DNA of 64,000 bases from Epiperipatus broadwayi. Lineage: Eukaryota > Animalia > Onychophora. The stretch spans positions 7,502,001-7,566,000 of the forward strand of contig JAQFVV010000006.1 in the NCBI GenBank assembly GCA_028023455.1, written 5' to 3'. Within the stretch, counting starts at the first letter, position 1. Each line of letters starts with the position of its first letter. Shown in pieces: positions 1 to 12,830 of the stretch. The notes below the pieces were generated by a model, which did no database searches, had not been told where the DNA came from, and saw nothing but the letters and a program-made list of their open reading frames with translations. Made by a program: the position numbers and the translations under genes.

Positions 1-3000
1 AAAATAATATAACGATTTTGAAGAATATAATTAATGTGAATATATTTTAATAAATGATCTTTGAATAGTCAAACTTATACATATATATAAAATCCGAACC
101 ACTGACATATATACACACACACTCATACAATAATCTAATCCAATTGCAAACCATTTGTTTTAGTTGTTGCTTAGGAACCATTAAAAAAAAAGGGAACCAT
201 TAAAAAAAAAGGGATGTCACTTTACTTTAGCTTGTCATAGATATATAAGCTATATATATATTTAAACTGTGAATTAAACAGTCTGATTTTAATATAAACA
301 CAAATGTATTGTTACACTTTGATTAACAAGGATCAAGGCTTCTGTCCTCATCACAATTGAGTGTGAAATTTAAATTAATCCAGATATAATTTAAACTCCA
401 AGTTAAACAGTCTAAATTTGAATATATATATATTAATATAATATTTTTAATGGATGTTTAAGTGGAAATATTTAATATATGGAGTTATACATTTATAATT
501 ACTTAATTATAAAGCACTTTACTTAGAACAGCAGCCAATCAAAGCTCATTTTGAATGCAATTAGCCTGTCAGTTTACTCTCACTCTTAGTCTGGGGCAGT
601 TAGCTTCATTGGCAGCTGTTCTAAATAAAGTGCTTTCTAATTAAGTAATTATAAAATGATAACTCCACACATTAAATATTTCCATATATATATTACATCA
701 CCCCACATGGTTAAGATTCAGCATCACCCTCTGCAAATTAGTATATAAATATATTAGAGTCCATATTTCAAAATATCTATTTTGAAATATGGACTCTAAT
801 ATTTATGTATTTATTTTATAGAGATTGGTGCTAAATTTCTTAGCTATGTGGAGGGATTTTATATTTGGATACATATACTATCCTTAGAATTACAAGGGAT
901 AAACACAGAACTTGATAACTACATAGAGAAACAGTTCTAACCTAGTTTATATAGGTTATTAGTTTTTCTTTAATTTAAACACTTTTGTCAAATCTATTAT
1001 ATTATTTGTAATTATTTTAAAATATGACTTTTAATAATTTATTCTAAAATTTGAATATTACCAATTATTATTACTTTTAATACTTTAAGATATTACTTTT
1101 ATATGCCTTTTTTTTCAAACTTTTGCACTCCTATATTTATTAGCTATTCTCACAACACTGAAAACCAGCTCATCGCAATGTAAAAGATCACATGGCTGAT
1201 CACGAAGTGAATAAGAAATTATGCATTTCAAAATAAATACAGATCTTATGAGAAATGCAAATATATAAGATCATAATCCAGTATGCATCCATGTACCTGA
1301 GAAAGCCATTCTCAAATAGATTGATCAGAAGTTTGTTGCAAATTTGAGAGGGCAAAAAAGAGAAAAAAACAATTATTGCTCAAATCTTATCCAAGTGCTT
1401 AGAAAACCTACTGCCTGATTTTTAAAGTGGGGAATAATTTACACCTGATGTATTTATGATGTTTTCAGATACTGTTATGATATAGAACACACATTATATA
1501 GGACAGGGAAAATTTATTTTTATTTCAGTCATTAAAATTAAATAATTGATTCTCTAAATATTCAATTAATGATTAAGCATTAATAGGGTTTAAGCCATTC
1601 GTTCTCACATTTATATCAAGTTTATATGCCTTTGATATGGATATGGCCTGACTTTTTTAGTTAAATGTTTACTTACAATCTTATACATTTATACTTGATT
1701 ATACATTACAATTTATGTTTCTTATTGGTTACAACTTATAACAAATATTCATCATACATATTTGTAAATAATAACATATATACTTGTCTACATATAAAAT
1801 AGAAATTAGTATAACACAACAATAACAAATTTTTCCAAAAATTCTTACAAAACCATGGTTTCATCTATTAATAAATTGACCTTCTCATATAGATGAAACC
1901 ATGGTTAGAATTTTAATAACATTTTGTTGCTTTGGCTAACATTGTTGTATTGTATAAATTTTTATTTTATTTTTAATTGTGTTAGGCAGCATTTAATTTT
2001 TAATTTGTCTACTACATATGCACATGTATTTTTTTAGATATATGTAAAACCTTCACTTCTTCATACATTCTTGAAACGTATAAATAATAATATTTTAAAA
2101 AGACAAATGAAGCCCAAGTTACATTTAACGCTGAATCAGCACTCTTCAGTAGTCCTACATCACAGTCATATATTTTCAAGAATTTGTAGCAGTATGCAAG
2201 TTTTATGCATATTTAAATTTTAAAAAAAAATATTTTTAACTGGGGTTTAAAGGAATACATCTGGGCTATGGATTATCTCCAATTTAATAAGTGAATAGTA
2301 ATAATTCTTAAGAGATTGTAAAATAAAACTTAAAATGATTAGTACTTTAAAATAGTAGTTGTAGTCAGGATTCTCTCCAGTTTGTTGTGAAGATTTTTTT
2401 TATGTGAGCTAATAGCTCTTCCTCCATGGCATGCATTAATTGATTCCATGTATAATCACGTTTCTTAGTTTACAAGTTACTATATTGTCCTTCATCAGTT
2501 TCCTGTTCTTGATATTATTTAAGATTTAAGCATTTTATCTCTCCATTTTGATTAGAGGTTCCTTCAAAATAACTTGTTCAGATTCATCAAGGGATTCAGG
2601 TTAGAAATCCAACAGCTGGTTATTTTTTCCCTTTTTCTACTCGGTCATCCTAATCATGGTTCAATGAAGTTGAATAAAGCAAAAATCCAGCTGGATTAAT
2701 TTCAAGCAAATCTGATTATATATATGTTTGACCTATTGTTTATAACACTTCTGGTGACCTTTTATTTATATCAAGTTAATTATTTTAATTTAATTTAATC
2801 GCATGCATTTTCAAAACCCTATACTTATTTGACTGCTTGCACTTTTACTTTGCTTTTCGAATCTCTTATCACAAAATGCAAGTTTAAATTTAAAAACAGA
2901 CCAAATGTAGATTGTTTCTTTAAACTTTTTAAAATCTATTTCTTTTGTCACTAATGTACTTCACTGAAATATTTTATACTACATTCCTGCCCACATAATT

Positions 3001-4206
3001 TTAAATGTATATTCTTTTAATCTTTGTTAAGAGAAACAGTTTAATGCAAGTTTAAATTTAAAAACAGACTTAAGAGTATATTAATTCTAGCATACTATAT
3101 TTTATTATGTATAGAGTATATTATTTAATTGCTTGATTAAAGGAAGAAGTGAATGTTTCTTTTTAAAAAAATGAGATCAGCATCTGTTGTTATGTATTTA
3201 TAAATACTCTATTTAAATATTTGAAAACCAGGCACTCTTCACAAACCTGGGAGCTTTAATTGTAAGTATAGGGGTTTGAATCAGATTTTCAAGCATCCTT
3301 CAACTATCCACACTATCTCATACAACTGATACACATGACCACACACATGTAGAAAAGATTTATAATCACCAATATACGTATTTCATGCTAAACCAGCATT
3401 CATCTTCCAGATTATCATCTCCCACACACATATATATATATATATATTTGCATTTAAAGAAGCTAAAATACAAAATCTCTTCTTTTTTTTGTTTTATTAT
3501 ATATATTATTTGAACCTTTAACTCCTTTCAAAACAAAAAAAATGAAGGTTTTAAAATATGCAAAGATAAATAAAATAATCAATGATGCAATATTCATTTC
3601 AAACACACAAAATGTCCACGTCTTAAATATTAAATGTGAAATGTCCAGGTGATAAAAATAATGAATGGTAATTTAATTATTAGAGTTTTAAGTTAAATTA
3701 AAAGTTTATTTTGAAATTTGATGAAATCCATTTGTATGTAAATTAACTCTTGTATTAATTACTGTGAATTTGATTTTATTATGTTAAAACTTATAATATA
3801 AATGCAATTGTTTAGATAATTAAAAACCAGTTAACACTTAGACAATCCCAGTATCAATAACAATCAACAATTTCAAACTGTTGTCAAGGCAATCTTTTTT
3901 TATGAATAAAGGTGGAATCCCACCTTTATTAATGCTCATGGTCCAATATATTTATACACTCACTAAAGATTGCAACTTGACCACAGAAATTGAAATTATT
4001 GATACAAAGAAGTTTAAATAAACCTCTTTAAACAGATAAATATAACCTGTTCTGAATCCAGACAAATAAATAGTCAATTATAACATTACAAACTGCAATT
4101 ATAATTTTAAAACTGTACCCAAAGTATTACTTAAATAATAAATGTACTAATGCTCAAGGCTAAATGGGTTTGCAAATAATCATTAAAGACCAGTTAACTC
4201 TTAGAC

Positions 4207-4562
4207 CAGGGGTCCCCAACCCTATGCCCACGGGCACCATGGCGCCCGCAGACCATTTTATGTGTGCCCACCGCTATCCGAACACGATAAAAAATTATTT
4301 ATCTGATACAAATAAATTTAATTTTTAAAATTTCTTATAAATTATTGTATTATATTGTAATCAAATTGTAGGGCATACTATACTTTATTTTTGAAATAAA
4401 TATTTTTTTGTATGTTATGTGTATTATTAACAATATCCAACTATAAATTTACATTGAAAAAATAAACGGTGCTCGCCACCTGGTTGAAAAAATTAATGAA
4501 GCCCACCACGTGGCCAGTATTATAGAATGTGCTCTTAAGTGCAAAAAGGTTGGGGACTCCTG
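4207..4562. mobile_element. hAT (Charlie-like) MITE
   Basis: TIRs CAGGGGTCCCCAACC / GGTTGGGGACTCCTG; 8-bp TSD TCTTAGAC at 4199-4206 and 4563-4570. Confidence 0.92.
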
Positions 4563-6878
4563 TCTTAGACAATCCCAATATCAATAACAATCAACAATTT
4601 CAAACTGTTGTCAAGGCAAACTCCTTTTTAACAATAAAGGTGGGAATCCCACAGGGGGGATTCCACCAAAAAGAAGTTGCACTTACATTTATGGAGAATT
4701 TATGCAGTTTTGTTTTGTAAATTTGAGGTCTGTTTCAAAAAAGGACCATCTCATATAATTAAGTAGAGTTATTATTAAATTCAAGATCAGTTCCAAAAGG
4801 ATTATCTCAGTTAATTTAGCTATATTAAATTGGATTAAAGATCTAAAATGGCCAATACTCAGAATTATCATTGTAAGGAAGGTGTATTGATTATAAGATT
4901 CCTATACTAGATATATCTTTTTATGAAACTAATGATAGGTATAAATAAATGTATTGTATTTGGGGATCAGCCATGCATAGGATTATGTTCAGGATGTATT
5001 AAAGGCCAGGGATTTACTCCATTGCAAATATGCTTAATCATATTAATATTATACTATGCAATTAAAGACATAACGTTTTTAAAATTAACCCAAATAAATT
5101 TTGGACACTTTGCAAATAACTGTAATCATTTTGTATTTGTTTTCCGTGTGTGTGAACTAAAAGTTATTAAAAGATAATGGAGAAATGGCTTAAGAAAACA
5201 GTCATTATCATTAGGTTATAATCATAAAAATAATCAAATTATAAAGAAAATTGTAAGTTCCTATGATATAATTGGTAATGTAAGCGGGTTTAGAATAAAA
5301 GAACATCCTGTGTGACAGTTACGATAATTTGTAAATAAATCAATCATTTTTTTCTTATTTGTTTAAGTGATGTGTCCTAACTCCTTTACAATGTTGTCAG
5401 GTCTGCATATTAACTGCATGTTCATTTCATTGGGAGTAGCCCATGTTCTATGTGATTTGGTCAGATATTGAAAGCAGTGGTTGTGTCGTGGACATTATCA
5501 TCACATATTAAAGAAAATATTTTTCGAATCTTATTAAAGTATATAAATAAAGAATATGTATATGAATATTTCCTGAAAGTATAGCCAGGGGGCATAAGAA
5601 TCAACTAAATTAAATACATAAAGAAGACTCTTACTTTGTAATAATCCTTAATTGTGCATTTTAGGTACTACTAATGTGGAGTATAGAAATCAATCAACTT
5701 GCTATAATAATCACCTGTTTGTATGAAATTGATGTATAGAATGGATGACCAGACAGTAATGTTTTTTTTTCTCTTTCATATACTAAGATAATTAAAACAA
5801 AGCAGAAGATGTCAACAGAAAATAGCATATTTGTCAGGTTTTGAGATGATCCAATGGCCGATGTAGTGCAGTTGATTGTGAATCCAGTTATAAATACATT
5901 GATAATAATGAGTTTATTGCATATTAGAGAAATATACAGATCAAGAAAATGCAAAATGATAGTGAGATGAATAAAGGAGATTAGTAGATTATTGGCCTAA
6001 TATCCAAAAAGGAAATCTTGCTTTGAAATGTCTTAGGTGGTGAAACTATATTATGAGTTATTGGCAAATTTGATTTGATTTTTATACATTTTCTAGGAGA
6101 CAACATTTCCTCGGACATATGGGGGGGGGGATCAGTGAAAGAAGAGGAAGCCATAGCAAAGGAGTAGACTGGAGTGTGTTAAATGATATTCATCATGGTA
6201 ATACTCAAATGGCTATCCAGAAGATTAGAATGGGAACTCCCCCTCCCCCCAAATACACTAGTGAATCAATTATAATTTAATTAAGTTTTAAAGAATGTGA
6301 ATATAACTGTTTGTATCATGATAAATTTTTCAGAACGGCGATCACCCTGTTAATTCTATCCCAGACCCATCCAGTAAGTAATCAATGGATACTGGAATGT
6401 TAATGATATAATCCACACCCTTAGACTAGTTTCTGGCTAATAGTCTCCCATTAAGTAGGAGTTTTGGACTACCAGATGAATGTTAGTTAAAATTAGTCTG
6501 GTATAGGTTTGGAATTGGATATTAAAAATAGTACCTTTTTAAAAACATATATTGGTATAATAAAAGATTAATGGTATTTTGATGAATAATTAAATAAAAT
6601 TTTTGTCAGCTATTTTAAGATCAAAATGATTTATAACTAGATATACTTCTAAAATAAAATCTCATCACAAAGCAATTCGGTTCGGCTACTTCCGATTTCA
6701 TAAAACATTTATTTTAAAAATCAATCTACGCCATTTTAAGATCATTTTATAATTAATTTTCTAATGCCTTGATGATTTGTTAAAAAGTGTTTTAATTATA
6801 TGATTCATCAATCAATTTTTAAATTCCCGTTTTTTTTCTTTCCCAAAATACTAACATGATACTTATAAACACTTATAC

Positions 6879-7002
6879 CTTTAGCAAAAAAACTTTTAGA
6901 AATGCGGGAGTATTCCAATGATGAAATTTTCCAGACAGCTGTTCAGCGGTAAGTTTTTGATCACATAATTTGCACCATAATGTTTCCAGCAGTAATTCTA
7001 GC
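6879..7002 (-). CDS. BLTP2: Coding exon, BLTP2-like (LELLLETLWCKLCDQKLTAEQLSGKFHHWNTPAFLKVFLLK)
   Basis: TTTTTTTCCTAG acceptor and AAG|GTATAA donor. 124 nt, phase 2 to 0. HHWNTPAFLKVFLLK parallels the recalled HVWGEALVLDSFTLQ. The next downstream exon could not be resolved. Confidence 0.8.
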
Positions 7003-7130
7003 CTAGGAAAAAAACAAACAAACAAACATATATATTTGCTAAAATCTGCTTCGGAAAAATTAATCAATACTTTTATCAATACATGTATCTTTCTTAATGG
7101 TGCAATGAATTCATTAAAAATTATAATATA

Positions 7131-8097
7131 CACCTGGGGCTCGTTTTATGCGATAGATAGGTTCCTCAGAAAACACGCGCAAACGAAATCGTGCAAAAAT
7201 AGACGTAACTTACCTTGAAAAAGGGGGGATAAGGACTGTGATTTTTCAAAACTCGCGTAAAAGCAAAGCACCAATGTAAAATTTACTTTAAAATTCGTGC
7301 AAAAAAAAATATAAGGAAATAAAATATGACTAATAAAAAATTTCAAATTTGAAAAAAATTGATACAAGACAAACTTTTTTTAACTATAATATTTAATTTT
7401 ATTCAAAACAATATATTTTTATGCATAATTTACAGTAATTTATATTTTTTTATACACATTTTAATTATTATCGCTATTTGCCGGTAAACAGGTTCATTTG
7501 CAAACTGATAAAAAAATCAGATTCTTCACAAGATGAAATACAACTAGTGCCAACGTCACTCTCATGTTGTGTTAATTAATGGTTTTCTGGTGACAACGTA
7601 ATTAGTAATTAATCTAACAACTAAAAATTAAATTCTTATTTTTGTCTTTAATTTTCAATTTTAATTGTGCCCACTGCTATTACTCACCTTTTAAAAATAA
7701 ACTTGCGGACACTAAATGATTAATAATTGATTACGTTCTTTTTTAAAAAGCAAAAACAGAATGTGATTTAAAATGCAAAATTAACATGCACAATGTTTAA
7801 ACAAATTTACATTATAATCTTGTAAAATTTAATGTGTGTATATATAAAATGTAGAAATCATGATTTTAATTTCATTATTGCATAAAATCTTACTATTATA
7901 AAGCACTGAAAATATTGAAATTACTAAGTTGAAAGTCGAATTTCAATAATGTGCTATTACTTTTAATATAACGTAAGTGCGCAAAATTTATTATTTAAAG
8001 TAATAGCGCAATATCGGAGTTCGACTTCCGATGAAACATGAATCGCGTAACTTCAAAATCGTGTTAAATAATTTCCGCGTAAAAAGAGACCCAGGTG
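7131..8097. mobile_element. Tc1/mariner-superfamily (pogo/Tigger-like) MITE
   Basis: TIRs CACCTGGGGCTCGTTTTATGCG / CGCGTAAAAAGAGACCCAGGTG, flanked by TA on both sides. Confidence 0.82.
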
Positions 8098-8254
8098 TAG
8101 TTGTAAATCTGGTAAACTGGAATAAACCAGTTATAGAGTTGTAAAAAAAGAGCTACCAATAATAACCAAGTATTATTACTTAACCATAGAACTCAGTTGC
8201 TTGATAACAATAAAAAAATATACATAAGTCTTTCTTGCTTGGGAGTTCGTAAAA

Positions 8255-8347
8255 AGTATGGGTGCCAGAACAAATGCCAAAATCGATCCTGGGACTTCCT
8301 GATCCCAAATTGGACACTCTACCGATTGCACCAAACCGTGCAGGGCA
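8255..8347 (-). mobile_element. tRNA-derived SINE-like head; similar heads at 29148-29240 (+), 45790-45860 (-), 22065-22135 (-) and 46140-46195 (-)
   Basis: A-box-like TGGTGCAATCGGTAGAG and B-box-like GGATCGATT at tRNA-like spacing; no complete cloverleaf. Confidence 0.55.
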
Positions 8348-8435
8348 CAACAAAATCTACCTTTGGGCAGCAAGAATTTAACATTAGCATGCAGAACCAT
8401 ATGCTTCAGATTTAATCAAAACTATTTTAAAAATT

Positions 8436-9932
8436 GGTTGTTTTACAATAGCATGTTGAAACCGCCGGAGGGCGGACTCGGTTTGTAAACAAAGATAAAT
8501 ATAATGTTGCCGGGGCCGGGTTTCTTTTCTTTTTTTTGTTTGCTTTGGTTTTTTTATTTTTTGTTTATCACATTTATAAAAGTAATATCAAATCAAATTT
8601 TTTGTTTAAACACGACCAAAACAAACAAAAAAATAAACAAATGCATAAACAAAAAAATTACAAATAAATGAATTTACAACAAAAAAAGTACTTCATTTTT
8701 TTGGCTTTTGATTCTTTTTTTCATTATTTATATTTTCAAAGGGGACGGTTTTTTTTTTTTTTTTTTTACCGTCTACGTATTTTTTTTTTTTTTTGGTTAT
8801 GGTTGTTGTTGTTGTTTATCACATTTAAAATAAAAGTATGGCGGCTATCAAATCTATTTTGGCTACACCAAACAACAACAACAAAAAAAAATGGATCGAT
8901 TAAAACCAATGATTTTTAAAAAGTAGTTAACCGATTTTTTGTTTGTTTTGATTTAATTCTCATTAAACCCTTTTCTATTTTCGGTTCGGTATTGTATGAC
9001 AAACAAAAAAGTCAGCCGATTTTTCAACTACTTCTTTTTTTTTTTATTCGGTTTGTTTTGTTTTTATTTTGATAAATAAATCTATTATCCTTTAACGGTA
9101 ACATTTACAAGCCAAAGTCCAACTTTGGGAGAGGGGGGGAGGGTGTTTGCAATTGCTAACAGAACAGAACGCCAACAACTCGAAGATGACCAAGTTTTGA
9201 TGGTAATTCCCCCTCAAAAAACATCAATCTATATGGCAATTAAAAGCAACTTTTTGGGCTCTTCAGGCAAAAAAAAATAAAAAAAACACAGCAGGCATGC
9301 AGCTTCAAGGTGTTTTGTTTGATAAACCACCACTGGTTCCAGCAGTCAGAGAAGAATCCTTGTTCCTTCTTTCTTTGACATTCAGCAAAACAAGTTGTCC
9401 TATTTTTTCAGCTATTCGATTAATCAGCTCGCAGTTGTTGTCGCACGAAACGTGACATAGAGCATGATTTGATGGGAAGCGTGCTTTTAACTACACTTGG
9501 CCCATTTTTTCAGCAGGAAGGGAAGCATGAGACTCTGCTGATAATTGTTAGTAGACCTTCCTAAAACATGCGAGATAGAGGGGGAGGTGGTCTTAATGAA
9601 TATTAAAATAGTTTTGACAATCGTAATTCCAGCCACCCTCAGACAATACTGTAAACAAAAGTGAAATATGATCGCTAGTCTGAAATGCTTAGCCTGAATC
9701 TGAGCTGTAAGCTGACACGATAGCTTCTGTGGCAAGATTGGCTAAATGTTCACGTTTCTGTGCATTAGCATAGAAATAATACACAGTCTAGCCGGTACCC
9801 TCCCCCGTATCAACGGACTATTTCTAGGCTTACGCATTAGCGGCGGAGGTGGCCACCTAAATGGCATATTTCTGTGCGCTAACATAGAAATAACGCCCTC
9901 CGGCGGTTTCAACATGCTATTGTAAAACAACC
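8436..9932. mobile_element. Non-autonomous TIR DNA element with GG termini and an 8-bp TSD (Merlin- or MULE-like)
   Basis: 39-bp near-perfect TIR GGTTGTTTTACAATAGCATGTTGAAACCGCCGGAGGGCG; TSD TAAAAATT on both sides; no transposase ORF. Confidence 0.85.
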
Positions 9933-10621
9933 TAAAAATTTACTTTAACATCTGCATAGTGAAGACATATTCAGAGAGGATTTGAATCCAAGCGTTATAA
10001 CTATTAACTTAAAAAAAAGTATTATTTACTATATCTTTCCACCCTGTTCACATACATTGCAAACATTATCAGCAATGAGACATCTTCTGAATAAGATATT
10101 ATAATGAGCTTTCCTCTTTCTATAATACAATCCATCAATTATTTTTGGTAACATCACCTTATCTTAAATAAGCCATCTATAAAAACTCTAGCTTATGGTT
10201 GAAATGTAAAGTGCGTTATTTGATTGCTTTATAATTTAAAAGATTAATGTTAATAAATATTTTATAGATAATTTCATTATTAAAATTCTATCTAGCGATT
10301 GCAAATCTTGCAATTATTTTTTTAACATGCCTTCTGACATCAGTTAATAACTTCCTTAATATTTGAAAGCACCTACCTGTTTTATAACTTCTTGCCCATG
10401 CCCACTCTTAATGTTTTCTCCTAATTATGTACTTTTTTTTGCTTTAGTTTTATTTGTATTTATTTTTATCTCAAATATCTATTCTTTGTCATTCCTCCTT
10501 CAACAAATACTGCTATCTTATCACCAAAAGTGATATAACCATATCTTATTAACAAATATGGTATAACGTATCATACCAATTACACCTTTCTTAAACACTT
10601 TATCAATACTTTTATTTATAT

Positions 10622-10665
10622 CAAACTAACAGTTTCGACTATCCTGCAGTCATCATCAGAGCTTG
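10622..10665 (-). ncRNA. Minimal hammerhead-like motif, family C (left arm of a foldback)
   Basis: Minus strand reads CAAGCT-CTGATGA-T-GACT(GCAGGAT)AGTC-GAAA-CTG-TT-AGTTTG. Stem I CAAGCT/AGTTTG, a U inserted after A9, and a 3-nt loop III. Confidence 0.6.
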
Positions 10666-10681
10666 GAAATAGAATTGACAA

Positions 10682-11164
10682 GAGCTCTCATGATGACTGC
10701 AGGACAGTCAAAATGGTGAGTTTGAAAGTTCCGATGATGACTGCAGGAAAGTTGAAATGGTGAGTTTGAGAGTTCCGATGATGACTGCAGGACAGTCAAA
10801 ATGGTTAGTTTGAGAGTTCCGATGATGACTGCAGGACAGTCGAAATGGTTAGTTTGAGAGTTCCGATGATGACTGCAGGACAGTCGAAATGGTTAGTTTG
10901 AGAGTTCCGATGATGACTGCAGGACAGTCGAAATGGTTAGTTTGAGAGTTCCGATGATGACTGCAGGACAGTCGAAATGGTTAGTTTGAGAGTTCCGATG
11001 ATGACTACAGGACAGTCGAAATGGTTAGTTTGAGAGTTCCGATGATGACTGCAGGACAGTCAAAATGGTTAGTTTGAGAGTTCCGATGATGACTGCAGGA
11101 TAGTCAAAATGGTGCGTTTGAGAGTTCCGATGATGACTGCAGGACAGTCGAAATGGTTAGTTTG
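10682..11164 (+). repeat. 44-bp minisatellite, 11 copies, each a degenerate family C hammerhead module
   Basis: Unit GAGAGTT-CCGATGA-T-GACTG(CAGGA)CAGTC-GAAA-TGG-TT-AGTTT; exact period of 44 from 10692 to 11132. Confidence 0.9.
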
Positions 11165-11969
11165 ATATAAATAAAGGTATTGATCAAGTGTTTAAGAAAG
11201 GTGTAATTGGTATGATATGTTAAAGTAGAAAACAATACATAGGAAAAGAAGTAGAAAAAAAATGGTATAACCAAATCTTCTACCTCCAATGATCATTTCT
11301 GTTCTTGGAAAAACTATAGTGTTTAATAATTCAACTAAACATGGATGAAGTATCACTTTTCTCTGTCTATATCTCCATGAAGAACGTGAATATTGCCATT
11401 CCAGCATGGCAGTCATTCTTTGACTTTACCTTCACATTGACTATTTATTGCCACATTCCTTTCCTTAATGGAAACATTCAGATTTGTGAGCATCATCGCC
11501 TATTGACCCATTTTTGCATTATCTCTTTGTATATGCATTGGTTAGTGGCAATGATGAAATCTGGCCTAATCCATTATTTTATGGCAAGGTGTGATATGAC
11601 AAGACTGAGATTTGATCTTTCAAATAAATTTTGATTCATATATATATAAATTTTTAGCAACCTATTTCTACTGCATATCTGTATTTCTCATTTTATATAT
11701 ATTGCTTTTTTTTTTTAGCTATTATAATTCCTCCATCACTATTATATATTTTTTAAAAAAATATTGTTTTCATTTGATCTTGTTATATAACAATGATTAC
11801 TATGAGTTTGACAAGTCATTATCCAGTTGATAGCTATGGGATTTAGCCAAAGGTCTGCATGATAATACTATGAATCATATACAGATGAATCCAGATAACA
11901 TGTCATTAATATATACACTGTTTATCTATATAAATATATATTTAATATACATAGTATATATAAATATTT

Positions 11970-12830
11970 AAATACAAGTATGTTGTCTATACTGAACTTA
12001 AAAAATGTAATTAGTGGAAATTTGAACATGAACTTTCAACCTCCTTTCAGTTATCCAGTCCATCCTGTACAAATGATAATCATAATCCCAGACATGCAGT
12101 TGGTCCAGATCATTTTATGTCCCACACATATAGACAATCACTGTTTAATGGACAGGCTTCAATCTTCTCCACCTTCAACTTTTCAGACATGTTGATGCCA
12201 ATATTATTGGCATATTCATGTTAAGTCACTCTGACCACTCTCATAGAGGACCTTAATATATCCATATAAATACTCAGAAGGGGTGGGTGGGCATAATTCA
12301 GGCTGAATCTATAATATTTAAATGAGTATATTGTCTATACTGAACTTTAAATGTAATTAGAGAAGATTTGAACCCAAACTTTCAAGCTCTCTTCAGCGAT
12401 CCATTCCAACTTTTACAACTAATACACATGATCATATAGATCTGAAAAAAATAAATGATCTCCAGTTTACATATTTCATGCTGAAGCAGCACTGATCAGT
12501 TAGTCCAGATCATCATCTCTCAATATTAGCATCAACAAGAGCTTTGAGCATTTCCATCATCAGATTTTCCATGATATGGATGGCTGAAGAGTTGGAGAGT
12601 GGAGAAGATCGAAGCCTGTCCAATAAAGTTTGAAGGTGTGCTATCTTAATATAAACTGAGCACCGATTGAATATATTTATGGGAGATGATGATCTGGACC
12701 AACTGATGAATGCTGGTTCAGCATGAAATACATCTATTGAAGATCTTTTTTTTCACATGCGATCATGCATATTGGTTGTATTGGATGGTGTGGATAGCTT
12801 GAAGGTTTGTATTCAAAGAGTATATATAAA
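11970..12830. mobile_element. Family A cluster: two tandem minus-sense copies joined to one plus-sense copy
   Basis: Shared GATTTGAAC...TTCAAGCTC, ACACATGA and TGGTCCAGATC segments. Hammerheads at 12461-12505 (CTGATCA, decayed) and 12698-12740. Confidence 0.75.
12698..12740 (+). ncRNA. Type I hammerhead ribozyme, family A
   Basis: ACCAA-CTGATGA-ATGCTG(GTT)CAGCAT-GAAA-TACATC-TA-TTGA. Intact core and a perfect 6-bp stem II; stems I and III partly decayed. Confidence 0.65.

Noticed and set aside
2465-2500. Minus-strand CTGATGA...GAAACGTG
   Set aside because: No stem II pairing and no NUH in register.
5694-5954. 86-aa minus-strand ORF as the next BLTP2 exon
   Set aside because: Low-complexity hydrophobic sequence with no convincing similarity, and acceptor/phase assignments are ambiguous.
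8255-8347. True tRNA genes
   Set aside because: Only degenerate A/B-box heads are present and no cloverleaf forms; treated as SINE remnants.
10682-11164. CRISPR-like array
   Set aside because: There are no unique spacers and the context is eukaryotic; it is a pure 44-bp tandem.
12550-12570. Second CTGATGA in family A (also at 62346)
   Set aside because: GAAA follows after only 2 nt, so there is no stem II.
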